This document shows positions 41,279 through 42,371 of a stretch of 42,371 nucleotides of DNA, piece by piece. The notes under the pieces are model-generated. The model ran no database searches, was not told the DNA's origin, and saw only the letters and a list, made by a program, of their open reading frames with translations. Source of the stretch: Polymyxa betae A26-41. Its lineage: Eukaryota > Protista > Endomyxa: Phytomyxea. Numbering within the stretch: the first letter of the stretch is position 1; each line of letters opens with the position of its first letter. The stretch covers positions 1 through 42,371 of the forward strand of contig RBZT01000513.1 of NCBI GenBank assembly GCA_003693705.1, given 5' to 3'. Made by a program: the position numbers and the translations under genes.

Positions 41279-41309
41279 AACTGCGGTTCGGGATTTTGTC
41301 ATTTGTCTT

Positions 41310-41775
41310 ATGTCGGCGTTTGTCGACGTTGAGGCGTCGGATGACCCTCGTCCCGGTCCTGGTGGTGGGCGGCCCGGTGCCGGGAGGCCGAGCCGTGGAG
41401 GCCGCTCTCCCGAAGGTAAGTATTTTAATGTCACTGTGTACTATGGTGAGGACGTTAATCTGGAGGCCGCTCGCCGTACTGTGCTGTCCTGTTATGAGCG
41501 GAATGCGTGTATTTTTGTTGTCTACGGCGAGGAGATATGTCCTGACACTGGTCGTCCGCACCTTCAAGTTTATATTGAGTTCTCCGCTAAGCGTCGGTGT
41601 AACTCCGTCAAGGATATGTTTTCTCCGTACAACCCTCATATTGATATTGTCGCCAAGGGTGTCAAGTCCCGTCCTCGTATTCTAAATGGAGCGGTGTCAG
41701 GCGTTCTGTTATGCCACCAAACAAGGAGACCACCCATACAATAATCCAAAAAATGACAAAAAAAATCAAAAATGA
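41310..41775 (+). CDS. rep: CRESS-DNA-virus-type (circovirus-like) Rep HUH endonuclease domain, no SF3 helicase; interrupted by a 31-nt intron/insertion or frameshift
   Basis: Motif I YFNVTVY, motif II YGEEICPDTGRPHLQVYIEF, then PHIDIVAKG. Motif III QAFCYATKQGD is in the +1 frame (41698-41730), stop 41773-41775. T-ending codon bias differs from neighbouring genes. Confidence 0.85.
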
Positions 41776-42054
41776 CAAACCCTAATCCAAAAATGACAAA
41801 CCCTAATCCAAAAATGACACATTAAAAGGTCTTTTAATAGTTGACAAACCCTAATCCAAAAATGACAAACCCTAATCCAAAAATGACACATTAAAAGGTC
41901 TTTACAAAAATGACAAACCCTAATCCAAAAATGACACATTAAAGACCTTTTAATGTGTCATTTTTGGATTAGGGTTTGTCATTTTTGGATTAGGGTTTGT
42001 CATTTTTGAATTTTTTTGTCATTTTTTGGATTATTGTATGGGTGGTCTCCTTGT
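41721..42054. repeat. 334-bp foldback: 114-bp inverted arms built from 21-bp units (AAAAATGACAAACCCTAATCC)
   Basis: 41721-41834 vs 41941-42054 are reverse complements with 1 mismatch. AAACCCTAATCC occurs 5x on + and 2x on -. Nested perfect 39-bp stem 41905-41943 / 41949-41987 with loop GACCT. Confidence 0.95.
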
Positions 42055-42371
42055 CTGTGGTGTTAAAAAAAATGATTTTTTTTTTAAACTTTTCAAAAAA
42101 ATCGGGATTAAACCCATATATTAATCCAAATCATCCGCACCTAACCAGTTTTATATTTTAAATTGATTTTAAATTATATAAAAAAACATAAACAGTAATT
42201 AATCTATATGTTTTTGATAATCAATTTTTATATTTTTTAGAACTCGCAAAAAAACTTCAAAACTCGCAAAAATGGTAAAAATAAGTCGCAAAATACCTTT
42301 TTTGTATGGTCGCAAAACTCAAAAAAATCAAAAAAAAAATTTCCATATGTTTTTTCATTTCCAAAAAAAAA
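42055..42371. other. Extremely AT-rich non-coding tail with four TCGCAAAA motifs
   Basis: Poly-A/T runs; TCGCAAAA at 42244, 42264, 42286, 42310; sharp compositional break from the rest of the window. Confidence 0.75.

Larger units (their letters stand above)
41058..42054 (+). mobile_element. Endogenous CRESS-like viral element or HUH-endonuclease mobile element (hairpin + Rep + foldback)
   Basis: Co-location of the stem-loop, iterated motifs, Rep and terminal foldback. Boundaries inferred; no target-site duplication seen. Confidence 0.6.

Noticed and set aside
41253-41685. Overlapping ORFs 41253-41639 (-) and 41296-41685 (+) as capsid or movement proteins
   Set aside because: No recognisable capsid features; explained as shadows of the biased Rep codon usage.
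41217-41744. ORF-track 175-aa ORF as the real Rep
   Set aside because: Starts at a non-ATG codon inside the repeat region, and its last ~27 residues are out of frame with motif III; ATG 41310 is more plausible.
41767-42007. CRISPR array or true telomere
   Set aside because: Units are directly adjacent with no unique spacers and no cas genes. CCCTAA motifs are embedded singly in a 21-mer and occur on both strands, unlike a telomere tract.

Overview
Compact eukaryotic genomic DNA with dense genes and many short (~45-60 nt) GT-AG introns, so the ORF track shows exon fragments. A CEP162 orthologue implies a flagellated protist. The gene and intron style is compatible with a plasmodiophorid/Rhizarian, but that is inference only. 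From left to right: a >10 kb minus-strand surface receptor gene (signal peptide, Thr-rich stalk, CUB-like domains, Ig-like repeats, Pmp-type beta-helix, ephrin-receptor-like Cys repeats, multi-pass TM; runs off the window), a phosducin-like gene, an F-box gene, an apparently half-length UBR4/BIG-like gene, CEP162, 14-3-3, a linker-histone (H15)-like gene, VPS50/syndetin and a compact ZNFX1-like SF1 helicase. About 3 kb of decayed or unassigned coding sequence follows. The most unusual part is the last 1.3 kb: a circovirus-like (CRESS) HUH Rep endonuclease with no helicase domain. It sits between a branched GC-rich hairpin with iterated motifs on the left and a 334-bp foldback on the right (114-bp arms, 21-bp telobox-containing units, hairpin loop present in both orientations). 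An AT-rich tail ends the window. This could be a truncated endogenous ssDNA virus or a small hairpin-bounded HUH mobile element.
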